The notes beneath the pieces are model-generated. The model was not told where the DNA came from and did not search any database. It saw only the letters and a list, made by a program, of their open reading frames with translations. Made by a program: the position numbers and the translations under genes. 64,000 nucleotides of DNA from Felis catus (taxonomy: Eukaryota): contig NC_058368.1 in NCBI RefSeq assembly GCF_018350175.1, positions 38,690,001-38,754,000 on the forward strand, read 5' to 3'. Each line of letters begins with the position of its first letter. Position 1 is the stretch's first letter. This document shows, one piece after another, positions 13,641 through 26,260 of the stretch.

Positions 13641-13868
13641 GGGGCGCCTGGGTGGCGCAGTCGGTTAAGCGTCCGACTTCAGCCAGGTCACGATCTCCCG
13701 GTCCGCGAGTTCGAGCCCCGCTTCAGGCTCTGGGCTGATGGCTCAGAGCCTGGAGCCTGTTTCCGATTCTGTGTCTCCCTCTCTCTCTGCCCCTCCCCCG
13801 TTCATGCTCTGTCTCTCTCTGTCCCAAAAATAAATAAACGTTGAAAAAAAAAATTAAAAAGAAAAAAA
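13641..13868 (+). mobile_element. young Can-SINE (SINEC_Fc)
   Basis: ggggcgcctgggtggcgcagtcggttaagcg head with CpGs intact; perfect 12-bp TSD gaaaatatattt at 13629-13640 and 13869-13880. Confidence 0.97.
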
Positions 13869-15669
13869 GAAAATATATTTAGTTAAAAGACTAGGTGCAT
13901 AAACATGTTGGGATTTTTGTTTTTTTTGTTTTTGTTTTTTGGGGATTTTTTTTTTTTTTACTAAACCACTTTTAAAAGATCCATTAACAAAATTGCTTCT
14001 GGCAGTTTCATCTTCAGATCAGCAATTTTAAAGCCTTCATTTTCACCAAACAGAAGAATCTGGGGGAAACTTAATAAAATAAAGTTAGAAAGAAATGAGA
14101 AAATAGTTAGGGTTCAACGTTGGGATTCAATTTATAAAGACCTAGGAAAACCAAGGTTTTTGTTCATGATATTTGCACTCAGTTCTTCCTCAACTTAATC
14201 TTTTTGCAATAACTTTTTTTAAAATAACTTAAATCCATACTTTCTGTTAGAATTCAGATATTAGTGGGTTTAGATAGTTCTGTTATTATATTCAATGGTG
14301 TATGTTCATTTATAGAAAGGGCTAGCAAGAGTCACATTTTAATATGTCTAATGATCTATTTTAGAGTACCTTTTTTTGTGAGAACTTAAGACATTAAAAA
14401 ATACATGTTGTCCTGAGTTTTTATTGCCAAAGTAAATTTTAAAATGTTTTTATAGTTGACTGATTATATTATTTTTGTAACTTTTTATGGTTGGTAATAT
14501 TAATGATTACAATTTATTCAGTAATAGTCCACGTCAAAGGATATTTTCTGGTTATCTAAAAATATCTATATTACTAATAGATGCAAGAAAATGCATTGCT
14601 ACATTATAGGGTGTGTTTCATAGATAGGTAACTTTATAAAAATATCATAAATAGCTAAAGCTTTATATGTAATTTTTCTATTTAAAAATTTATTTAAAAA
14701 GAAAATGTGACTCATATTTGAAATACAATCATATTTATCCAATCTTTATAATAGGTCTTTTCTCAGAGGGGTCAGCTCCCTACAGTAATGTATGGAAAAG
14801 TGGCAACAAGGGACTTCCAGGATCAAAATCCTCTCAGGACACTAATGAAAAAATATGTAGCTAAGTGTTTTCCTAATACTGCATCTATGCTCTTACATTG
14901 TGTTCTGAGTAAAAATATTCCTGCCTTCACATTTTTTCTCAGTTTAATATTGTTATCATGTATGTTCACCAAAAAGTAAAACCTTCAAGAAGCTATATAC
15001 ACTTTTACTTACTTTTTATGTATGGAAATGTTTTCTCACTTCTAGTAACAAATACATTTACAAGAAGGATCAAGTGTAAACTATTGTATTTTTGTAATCT
15101 GATTTGCTTCACTACATTCTTAAATTACACTGTTTTCATAGTTCATCTATCTGTTTATTACCTATTTTATTGATTCATGCTTAAAAATACATGCTAGCGT
15201 AGGTGCAGTGACAGTATATATCCTAGCTTCTCGAGAGGAAGCTGTTCTACACATTTTTCTTCTTAACATCAGTGTCCTGAGTTGTATTTTCATAATATCG
15301 ACAATTCTTGTTGCTGTTGCACTGCACCACGCCAAGTGTGCTGACCCTGCTGAGAAAGACCTTCTGTTGTCAAATTGATGCTAAATCCAAGCGGTTAGCA
15401 GCAGCTTTTTATGTGAGTGCGGTAGATTGAACCAACAGTGTCAGTGTCCTGGAGTCATGGGAAGGTCACAAACAGCTCTGACCATTAAATGATATCTATT
15501 AATTTTGCTCTGGAGAACAAGCTGCCCAGTTAGGCAGTGATAGAGATAATTGCTTTGACTGTGAAGCCATTAGGCAAGTTTAAGGAATTTCAGCTGTGGG
15601 AAGTGTGATAATGCCTACTTAATGCTTTAAGATAAACATTAGAATTCGAGAGGCAAGAAAAGCCTCTGT

Positions 15670-15825
15670 GTGTGTACAAATATATATGCATATACACATG
15701 CATATATATGTATCTATTTTATATATCTATTTTATATCTATACATATTTATATATCTATTTTATATATATTTATATTTATTTATATTTATATTTTATATA
15801 TATTTATATTTATATATATATATAA
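15670..15825. repeat. AT-rich low-complexity / (TA)n-derived repeat
   Basis: Degenerate tatatatctattttatatat units. Confidence 0.85.
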
Positions 15826-15915
15826 TTTTTCTATGAGACAGACTCTCATAGAAATTTAAAGTCCCACTGTTAAAAATATTTGGATTTATCCGCTTAAGAA
15901 GCTATGTTGTTCAGT

Positions 15916-16490
15916 TTTTTATTTTACTTCTTATTTAAGCATAACTGTTAGCTTAAGGTATATATCATAATGAGTCAGTATTTTTATACATCATGAAATG
16001 ATCCTCTTGAAAAATCTAGTTACCATCTGCCACTGTACAAAGTGTTTATTATTGACTATATTTCCTATGCTGTATATTACATTCCTGTAACTTATTTTAT
16101 AACTGGAAGCTTACCTCTTGATTCCCTTCACCTTTTTCACTTGTCCCCAGCCACTATGCCCTATGGTAACCAACAGTTTGTTTCTTGTATCTATGAGTAA
16201 GTTTCTGTTTTGTTTATTCGTTTATTTTTTAAAATTCTGCATATAAGTGAAATCAAATAAGATTTGTCTTCTCTGACTTTCATATTTTCTTCTAGATCTA
16301 TCCATGTTGTAGCCAATGGCAATTTCATTCTTTTTTATGGTTGAGTAATATTCCCGTGTGTGTGTGTGTTTACACTATATCTTCTTTGTCCATTCATTTA
16401 TCCATGGACACTAAGCTTGCTTCCTTATCTTGGTTATTGTAAAGGATGCTGCTATGAACATAGAGGTGCATATATCTCTTAGTATTGGTT
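15916..16490 (-). mobile_element. carnivore L1 3' end (last part of ORF2 plus 3'UTR)
   Basis: tctagatctatccatgttgtagccaatggc...gctgctatgaacatagaggtgcatatatct are L1 3' motifs; T-rich tail at the left end. Confidence 0.85.
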
Positions 16491-17995
16491 TTACGTTATT
16501 GACATGATATTTTACATTTTTTTGTTTTGTGTATCCCTTAACTACTTACTGTAGTTATAGTTGACTTTACTATTTTTGCTTTTTAACCCTCATACTAGAT
16601 GTTATGTGGCCGATCTACTGCCTCTAATATGGATTAACCTTTGCAGTGTGTTTTTTTCTTTCATATTTTTTTAAAATTTCTAGTTAAAGCCTTTTTCTCC
16701 CACTTAAAGAGGATGCTTTAACATTTCTCATATGGCTGATTTACTGATGATGAGTATCTCTTAAAGATAACCTTGCTGGGTAGAGTATTCTTAGTTGTAA
16801 GTTTTTACTTTTCTGCACTTTAAATATATCCTTCAACTTCTTCTGGCCTGCAGAGTTTGTGCTGAAAATCAGCCAATAGTATTGTGGGGCTTCCCTTGTA
16901 TGTGTTTTTGTCTTGCTGCCTTTAAGATTCTCTCTTTATATTTAACTTGTCACTTTAATTACAATGTGTCTTGGTGTGGATTCTTTGAGTTCATCTTTTT
17001 TGGTGCTCTCTGAGTTTTCTAGACCTGGATGTCTGTTTTTATACCCACATTAGGGAAGTTTTCAACTATTATTTCTTCAAATGAGTTTTCTGCCTCTTTC
17101 TTTCTTTCTTCTTTTGGGACCCCTATCATGCAAAAGTTAAATATGCTTGATTATTGTCTCAGAGGCCCCTTAAATTGTCCTCATGTAAAAAAATATTTTT
17201 ACAGTTCTGTTGTGGATTTCCACTCTTCTGTCTTCCAGATCATCGATCTGCTCTTCTGTATCATTTAATCTACTTTTGATTCCCTCTAATGTATTTTGCA
17301 TTTCAGTTTTTGTATTCATCAGCTTTGATTCTTTTTTATATTTTATCTTTTTGAAGTTTTTAGTGTGTTCCTCCATTTTTTCCCCAAGTTCAGTGAGCAT
17401 CTTTATGACTATTATTTTGAAATCTTTATCAGGTATATTACTTACTTCCATTTTATTAGGGCCTTTTCTTGGGGTTTTATCTTGTCCTTTTTTGGAATAT
17501 ATTCTTCTGCTCCATAATTTGTTTGACTTTCTGTGTTTATATCTATGAATGAGGTGGAACAGCTGCCTTTCCTGGTCTTGAAGGAGTGGCCTCTTATAGA
17601 AACATATCCTGGTCAGATTGCATGTGCCTGACAGCTGTGGCAGGCCATCTGGGTCTGGAGCAGGTGCAGTTGGGATCCTAGGTTGCACCTTACTAGGGCC
17701 ATCTTGGTGGGTTGAATGAAGTTGGTGGGGGTTGGTCCCAGGTCTGCTGTGTGGGCCCATCTTGGTTGGATCAAACAGCAGGAGCAGGTATGGGTGGGGG
17801 GAGGGGGGGTGGGGCCTGGGGCACTCTGCACCACGGCCTCCTTGATGGCAGTGAGTTGGGTGTGGGCTCAGTGGGTTCTGAGGTGTTCTGTGCCAGGGCC
17901 ACTTTGTCAGGATGGCTGGAGCTACAGTGGGTACAAGTCAGGGCTGCCTTGGTAGGAAGCTAGGTTTGGAGTGGGTTTGGGCCAGGGATGTCCTG
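16491..17995 (-). mobile_element. L1 5'UTR, ORF1 remnant and inter-ORF spacer
   Basis: ORF 17170..17760 encodes an ORF1p-like coiled coil (PDKDFKIIVIKMLTEL...NTLEGIKSRLNDTEEQIDDLEDR); GC-rich 5'UTR at about 17560-17995. Confidence 0.85.
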
Positions 17996-18394
17996 TGAGT
18001 CTTTTTCTCAATGTTTCAATGACAAATGAATGTTCTTTTCTAAAATTAGCTAACATTTAATGACTATCCCATACTACATATATGCTGTGAATCACAGTTA
18101 TTCAGGTTTCTTTTCTTTTCACATGTGTGTATGTAAATATCATGTTTTTGTTAGGAAGTCTTGGACAGTTTTTAAATATGTTAAATATTGTGGTACAGAA
18201 TGGGTTTTGGAAACTGGTCTGTTTTCTCTGCTGTCTTGATCATGTATGGAGTTTGTAAGGCTGGTTTCAGAAGGAGGCAATGGAGATAAAACATAGGAAT
18301 GTAAGAAAAGTGTAGGGACTCAGAAGGATAATTAAAGACTATGAATTATGAACTAGTTCCACTCCTTGGGAGAATCTAAAAATTGTAAGTAAAA

Positions 18395-18486
18395 TGCAGA
18401 AGAGGAAAATAATTTTCCTTGTACTTTTCTAGGTTCTTGGCTAAGGCACCTTTGCTCCCCAATATAAAGATAAAAGGATAAGATCA

Positions 18487-18525
<39 letters not shown>

Positions 18526-18910
18526 ATAGTAGCCCCACAAAGATATGAGAGTCAAGGAGTGACCAGAGCAGGAAACATTTATATGTTTTAGACAAAGAAC
18601 CAATACATTTATGAAGAATTGATAAGACAGAGAGGTTTGGGCCAGGTTTAGTAAAATGAGAAAGAAGTAACAAGGTTTATTTATAACCTTTTTGGTGCTC
18701 AGTTCTCTGTCTCTGATGATAAGTATCCCTTCTACCTTCTTGATACAGGGAGGATATCTTTCATGTGTGGGAGATTTATCTCCTTTCAGGGGAACAAAGG
18801 AGACTCAGAATGTCTTTCTCTTACTATCTGTTTTGAAAGTATCTTCAATTCAAAATAATCAGTGTGCCAATGTGGCATGTTTGGGAGTAATATATTCTGA
18901 ACCCCTACCA
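18395..18910 (-). mobile_element. ERV1 solo LTR (MER34-like)
   Basis: Minus strand starts tggtaggggttcagaatatattactcccaaacatgccacattggcacactgattattttgaattgaag, matching the MER34-family 5' motif; contains (CA)n at 18493-18523. Confidence 0.75.
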
Positions 18911-19744
18911 AAGTCCATTAAACTAAAAAACTTTCATTGAGAAATATATATATATATATATATTTTTTTTTTTTAAACTGTGGAAATCTGAATATTACGA
19001 CAGAGCTGTTAAGTTAAAGGACAAAGGAAGCAAATAATCCATGGTGGTCCAAAATAATGGGGAAATATAAGGAGATGTGCATGTTGGAGTTAATATCTTT
19101 AGGAGGGATTTGGAAGCCCATTTGAAAAGGAGGGACTCAATGTAATATCACCCAAATCTATACACTGACAGAGGCTGCCAGCTGAACATATGGGTTACAG
19201 CCACATGTGGTTTATTTTCTTTTGGTGAACTATCACTTTTCTAAAACTGAAAGTTTCAGAAAAGAGTATTTATGTCCCAGTTTTTAAGATGAACTCTCAA
19301 TATATTAAATGTTAAAGAAGACAGTCAAACCCAGGAAACCACATTCTATAATATTCTGTAAGAATATAGTGTATAACAGAGGAACAAAATACAATGATAG
19401 CATGATCATCAGATCATGGGTGATCTGATCTATCACTCTGAGATGAAGAAGTGTCAGGTTAAAGGAAGATAGGAGATTATATGGCAAACAGAAGGGTACA
19501 TTAGAAACTTTATCCTCTGACAAATTATCCATCTTTCCTACTTCTCTAATAGTGTGTCATACAAGTCCCTGGAAAAATCATTTTTCTGTGTGTGGCTAAA
19601 GTAAACGGAAATGAACCTGTGTCTGTAAATCGCTCAGCAGTCAACAAGTATCTATTCGTTTGGCACAAAGATATGTGGACTAGTTCCTTCCTCTTGAGCA
19701 CAGAGACTACGCACATCAATGGGTCTTTCTTTAATAATGCTTAC

Positions 19745-19890
19745 CATAATGTAGTACTGTCCCTCCCTTTTTAAATTGAAAAACATGAAGCTTGAGGAAG
19801 TTAAATACCTTCTCACCGTGTTTTGGTCATAAAGTTGTGGAACTCAGATGTGAATCCAACTAGTCTGTTTTAAAGTCTGAAAACTTACAT
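19745..19890 (-). mobile_element. MIR
   Basis: aattgaaaaacatgaagcttgaggaagttaaatacctt...gatgtgaatccaactagtctg resembles the MIR core. Confidence 0.6.
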
Positions 19891-22112
19891 GCTTTATTTC
19901 ACTGTGTGTGGTGTTGGGGGTAGGTCTTTTCTCCATCCCCAGAAACTCCCTTACCTTTTTTCTTCATCTGTCTCCTGCCCTCTGTATTTATTCTCTCCTT
20001 CTCACTCCATCTCCACTTTCCTTTTCTTTCTGTCTTCTTAACTTTCTTCCTTTCCCCCCTTTGTTCCCTCCTTCATTTCTTTTTCATTTTTGGATTACAT
20101 GCTCCTCAGAAACTGTTTTAAATTTTTGATGGTTAGCAAAGGCTACAAAGTAATCTGCATACCTCAGAAACTTCGACATGTCAGACAAGAGCCCTTTGGA
20201 ATGTGGTTACATGAAGCCCTTTATCTTCTTTGGGGAGATGGAAAAGGGAACCTTTAAAATTTTGGAATAAGCTTCACAATACAGGGATGAAGACCACAAA
20301 GGGAGAAATCTGCCATATCCAAGAGTACCTTAATCAGGATCTGAACCTGCCTCTTGGATGTGAAAAATGCAATGCATATCATTCTTCACAGACATGAAGA
20401 CAGTTTCTTGAAGATAAAGAGGAATGATTTTCAGGGTCTCTCCTGGTAACAGTGCAGCGATTCCTGCATATGAAAGTGTAAGGGATGTCAAATAATGAGA
20501 AGAGGCTTACATTGAGAGAACTGGCATTGTTTATTATGTTTTTGTTTGCTTAAGGATCTATAAACACTAAAGAGGAAATGATTCTGAGTGACATGTCAAA
20601 ATATGTCACCACATATGTCAGCCATGAAACAACTGGGTGGGAAGTCGGTTGGTAGTTATAGTCACTAAAATGAAATGGTTGCTAATAACATTCACTGAGA
20701 CCTCGGGGACACTGTGAGAAAAGAAGAGCCTTTTATGGCTTGGATCATTAACTTTAATTAACATTAATGTTAATTAATTAATGTTAAAGGTGTTCTACTG
20801 CATTACTTGAATACCCTCAACAAGGAAAATATAGAATGGGAAGAAAGTTATATTTCATAAAAAATTCTCCTAATCAGAGACTTAGAGCCAATACACATGT
20901 CAGATAAATTTAAAATGCAGCATCCCATATTTGTCAAAGGGTAATCTCCAGAGAAATCAAAATGTGTAAAAGCTGTCTGATGATGTTAAATTCATTTCTG
21001 TAAAATGTGATTGCCTTTATTTTACAGTATAAATGCAGTTATCAAATAAAGCTTTGTTTTGCTACCTTGCAGAATATATTTATCCCAATATTTACTTGAT
21101 ACTTTTCCATATACTTAGTAAATGTATGTGTTGTGATTGTTAATTGTATTTCCTGTTGACATATTTCACTATTGGTTGGGAGGTATCTTTCTAGGAGTTA
21201 ATTATTCTGTAAAAAGATGCGAACTTCTTGGACTGTACTGAGGAAACCGTTGAATGTTAATACAGAAAATCAGTTTTTATTCCCCTAAGTGAATTCTAGT
21301 AGCTTCTCAGGGGTATAGATTTCAATGTCTTATCTCAGGCTATGGCACAATTATCTTCATGGTGTCACACAAAATTCCCATGAAAACAAATGAGGTTGTT
21401 AAGTTCAGCAGGGAAGAAAAAGAAACAGGTCAATGCTCAGAGTACCAGGCTCCGTCTTCTCTCACAATTTCAGACTGCAGTGCAATAAACGAGTTGTCAA
21501 GGATCTCCTAATTCAGCTTCTTGAAAAAAAAATTGAAATGCTGAAAGAAACATTTATTAACCCATTTTATTAAAATATTTACATCTCCTTAGATAGCTTT
21601 ATATGGTTGCCTTATTCAATAGTTTAGATATAAATAATGTTTTTTCGTAGCCATAATTACTAACAATCCTAACATAATGAACTCAATTTCATGAAGCTTC
21701 AGCATGATTAAATGCATTTTGTCAGCACTGGGTTACTTTGCAGAAATGTGTTTAGACTTCTCACCCTGACAGCTGTTCTCTTTGCACTCTGTTTTTTAAG
21801 TAATACACTTGAGGCAGGGTGACATCAGTCAAGCCATATTTGAACAGAAGAGAGAGTTCCCTGTGTTAGAATTTCCAGATGCATCATTTAACTTGAGATG
21901 ATGCAGAAAGCACAGTTATTTTTTTTAAGTCTTAAATTGTAAAATATGTGGAATGGTTTCCTTGTTGTATCAAAGTAATCACAACCATGCCAGGTATAAC
22001 TCAGTTTGCTAAATGGTAGCTCAGGCACACAATAATTAAAGTAATAGACAATGAAAGTTGTAATGTTTTGAGAAGTTTCTACACCGATCAGCTTGTTAAA
22101 ATATTGGGTAGA

Positions 22113-22115
<3 letters not shown>

Positions 22116-22151
<36 letters not shown>
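22116..22151. repeat. (CT)n microsatellite
   Basis: Uninterrupted CT run. Confidence 0.95.
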
Positions 22152-22154
<3 letters not shown>

Positions 22155-24298
22155 TTTCTCACTCTCCCTCTTTCTCCTCTCTGTCTCCATTCTGCGAACC
22201 AAGTCATTGCCTGAACAAGTCTGAGTCACAATAAGAACTGAGTCACAATAAGAACTAACGGTCAAATAGTATACAGGAGGATAAAACCTCATTTCAGAAC
22301 TATCTTATGTGTTAGAAAATCAATATTATTACATAGGAGCATGACACCTTGTTAAATTATTATTTAATAATGCCGACAAAGTTATGGGTTTTGTTTTGTT
22401 CATTATGAACCAGCAAGTTTTATACTGATAGAAAAAAACCTGGTCAAAAATATAGATAAGGCAAAAAAAATATATAGATGAGGCCAGAAACAACTGGATG
22501 TTCATCAATATTAGAATGTTTAATTAATGAAACTCTCATATTATTCAGCAATAAATCATAATGAGGCTGATATTTATATACTGACATGGAATTAAATTTT
22601 TAAAAAGATAGATTGAGAAAAGACAAGTATCAGAACATTTTGTAAACAAAATACAACCAACCCTTGGTATTTCGGCTTATGAGGATTTATGCTAAATTGT
22701 TAAGCATACGGTTTTGTCATTGGAAACAGAAGTTCCGACATTTATCTTAGCTGCTTTGCTTTCCCCTTATTCATGAATGTAAATGAAAATATCAGGAACA
22801 TTCATGTCAGAACTGTATCCTCTTATCAAGTGCAACCATATAATAGCTACAGATACCAAAGTTCAGCAAAAATCAACAAAAGTTTTCTAGGAAAATGAAA
22901 TGGTTGTTTGGAATTCACCAAAAAGTTTTATACATATTTCATACTTAGCAGTGAAACCAGATGCATCCCACAAGTTTATGTGTGTTCATTTTGTAAGTTT
23001 TAGTTAATCTTCTCCCACTTCAAAAATCAGTGACTTCAGAGATGTTCTTTTCTGTTTTCCAAGATTGGCCAATATAACTATATTGTCCAATTAACCTAAT
23101 GTATAGGAAAATCCAGGGCCAGGAACTTGTATCAGAAATTTTCTGTAAAGGGCATAAGTACTTGTTCTAATCTAATGTGGCTCTTTTGTTTTGTTTTCCA
23201 GTCAGTATACTGACACATAGTTAATTGCTTGCTACAAACTTTTAGTAAATCTTATCACATCTAAAGAGATGCTTATTTCTTGTTAGTACTTAGTAAACAC
23301 TGAGTGCTGAATCCTGGCTCATGAAATTGTATTTCATGTTCTGTCAGATAGTTGAATTCCGAGACTTTGGGCATGTCTGAGCCAAGTATAACTCCTAGGG
23401 CACTGTTATAAATGCCCTAGTAATATAATTGATGTAGCAGCTATAATTCACTAATGCCAGTTAATACACATATCCATGTTTGATTCTTCCTTAGCACACT
23501 TGTAGACCACAAGCAGAGCATTTGTGTTTAATTGGAGCCATATGATTCCCGCCAAAGAAATGTGAGTGAAAGGGTTATGTCATTGGCACATGAAGTGAAA
23601 AGAGGTGAGGTCCTAAAACTCCTGTTCCTTGTGAACAGGAAAGAGGTAATCCTACAAAGATGACTGAAATTTAGTGAACAGCGAAGGAAAAGCAGGAGAC
23701 GAGTACACTTAGACTCTGAGCAGGGAGTGCCGCAAGAGAAGTTGGCAACAGTGTTCAGCACTGCTTAGAAATCTAATAAGATGATGTCAAGGATTCAGGT
23801 TTGACTGGGAAGATCCTGGTTTATGTCGTTGCCTCGCCTGATTATTAATCATTTCCTTTCTACTTTCAAGAATGCCTGATTCGGTAGTTGTATCATACAG
23901 TCCTCGTTATTCCTGACATCAAGGAGAGCCACTTTGCATGTGCTATAGGACTGAAAGCCTAAGCCTAATGAGGTTAGGGAAATGAGGAAAATGAGGAAAA
24001 GGAGATCAGTCTGAAATTAACATTAAGCTTGGTTGTGAAAGAGAGAAATTTCCTCATTTTCCTCATTTATCTTACTAGGATAGAGAGTTCCTAGGTTTCT
24101 AAGATTTTACCATCTTGCTATAACTTTTTTATTTGCTCTGGTTTTTGGCCTTTTCTCTTTTGTACCTCCTGTCTCTCAAAAGTAGAAACACGCAATATTT
24201 AACTTCTGTAATATCTTTTGGCACTTGCCTAATAACCTTCTTAGATTTCCCCGTTCTTTTAGAATTTTATTAAGACTTTTTAAAAACAAAGCTAATTT

Positions 24299-24521
24299 GG
24301 GGCGCCTGAGTGGCTCAGTCGGTTAAGCGACCACCTTCGGCTCGGGTCCTGATCTCTCAGTCTGTGAGTTTGAGCCCCGTGTCGGGCTCTGTGCTGACAG
24401 CTCAGAGCCTGGAGCCTGCTTCGCATTCTGTGTCTCCCTCTCTCTCTGCCCCTCCCCTGATCATGTTCTGTCTCTCACTGTCTCTCAATAACAAATAAAT
24501 GTTAAAAAAAATAAAAATAAA
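24299..24521 (+). mobile_element. Can-SINE
   Basis: ggggcgcctgagtggctcagtcgg head; perfect TSD taaaaacaaagctaattt at 24281-24298 and 24522-24539. Confidence 0.97.
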
Positions 24522-25699
24522 TAAAAACAAAGCTAATTTTTTCAGCTGTTAAATAATATACTTTTCCTTTATATTTTTTCCACACTGTATTCCACACTCC
24601 ATCCCATACCCCTCAGCATTGGAAACTTTGGGGTATAAAATGCATGGTAGTTTTCCTACCTAGGCATTTATTCATGATAAATCAACAATATAAATGTAAG
24701 TATGTTACTAGAATTGTTAGTTTTTCTTAAGCAGAATCAAAAGGTTCAGATAATAGTAAGTGGTGAACCCAATGTTTGTGTTACAAATGAGACTATTCTT
24801 TCCATACAGGTGAACGGTGTTTGGTGGGTTCTTATGTCAAAGAACTAACTTATGCCCTAGCTCTCTACTGTCCTTTATTCTCTTTCAAGGTGCATCTGGC
24901 AAGTTTAGCTCCCTAGAGACTGTACTAAATGTCATTATAATAAAGAGCAGAAAGTAGTTCCATATGATTGTTTATGCAGAGGCAAGTAATATCAGTAGAA
25001 CATCCTCCTTTGAAAGAACCATGATTACTGTGTGTTCTCATATCAAACTATAAATGTATTCTTTTATATTTTCACAATGCAAAGCTAATAGCTACTGTCA
25101 AAAAATGGAACAGAATAAACTTCCATTAGTCACTATGCGAGAGGAGTTATTCACATGTGTATATATGTATATATGTATCAGAAGTGTGTTCCTGACACCC
25201 ATATGATTGATTAATATATACTTTTTTTTATGTTTAGCAATATTCAGAAACCTTTTTTATTAACTTTAGGCCCAATTTTGTGGAATATTTTTTTTTCTGT
25301 TTAGTTTTTACTCTCAATGCAGAGTTCATAAAATGTAATAATTTAAGTTAAGCAATTTATGTTTGCCGTTCTTTTCAGGTCTCAGTGGTGAAGCTTGTTA
25401 ATAAAAATATTCTATTTCATTACATGTGTAGGAAAATAAAATATGTTCAATTCATTTCAACCGAATATGTTCAACTCGAAAGTCTGTGTTTAAAATAAAA
25501 CCCTTCTCAGTTTTGATTTCTGTTTAACTGAAAAATTACCCCTCTTCATACATTTTGTATTAAAATTTCACTGTAAGAATCTAGTTTTAAAATAAAGGAG
25601 CACTCATCACCATGAATTTTATGTGTAGCAAAATAATAAAAACAATAATAATAAAAATATGGCAGTTTCCATTTACATATTTCAAGTAGAATAAGAAGT

Positions 25700-25840
25700 A
25701 TAGAGTTTGAATTTGGAAACCAAAGTTGGTCTCAATTTTCTCACTTACTTGTGTGACATAGAAGCAAGTCTGTAATCAGTACTTACCCTCAGCATCTTGA
25801 TCTGCAGAGTGTTTGATTTGCTACAATTTAGGCATAAGGA
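25700..25840 (+). mobile_element. MIR remnant
   Basis: cacttacttgtgtgacatagaagcaagtc...ccctcagcatcttgatctgcagagtg. Confidence 0.5.
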
Positions 25841-26029
25841 TTTACTGTAATCTGTTTGAGGAGCATATACTAAAATTGCTATTATTGATCTGTGTATTTC
25901 CTACTGTATTAGGTATTGCTATACTGTGATATCACTGAAGTGTAAAATGACATTATAAATTTTTATTTTAGGATTTAGAACATGTATCTACACATATGAA
26001 ACATTCTAAGCAAAACACAATATAGTATT

Positions 26030-26260
26030 TAAAATGCTTACACAGCTTGTCATGAAGCATATTCTACGTTTCATATGTAATTATTCATTGAACATTTACA
26101 GCAATTATATAAGTACAGGTGTTTTTATCATCTCTGTTTTGCAAATAAACCAAGGCAAGGAATGTTTAAATAATGTGCTCAGGCTTACATGACTAGTAAC
26201 CACCAAAACCAGGTTTGAACACCACCCGTCTGTACTCAATTTCTGTGTTCTTGGAAGCAT
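26030..26260 (-). mobile_element. MIR
   Basis: tatcatctctgttttgcaaataaaccaaggcaaggaatgtttaaataatgtgctcagg...ccaggtttgaacacc. Confidence 0.65.

Noticed and set aside
17170..17760. 196-aa ORF as a novel protein
   Set aside because: The N-terminal half is translated L1 5'UTR and the C-terminal half is a decayed ORF1p coiled coil; downstream ORF1 is frameshifted.
23395..23420. Inverted repeat ctagggca...tgccctag
   Set aside because: Only 8-bp arms; expected occasionally by chance in 64 kb.
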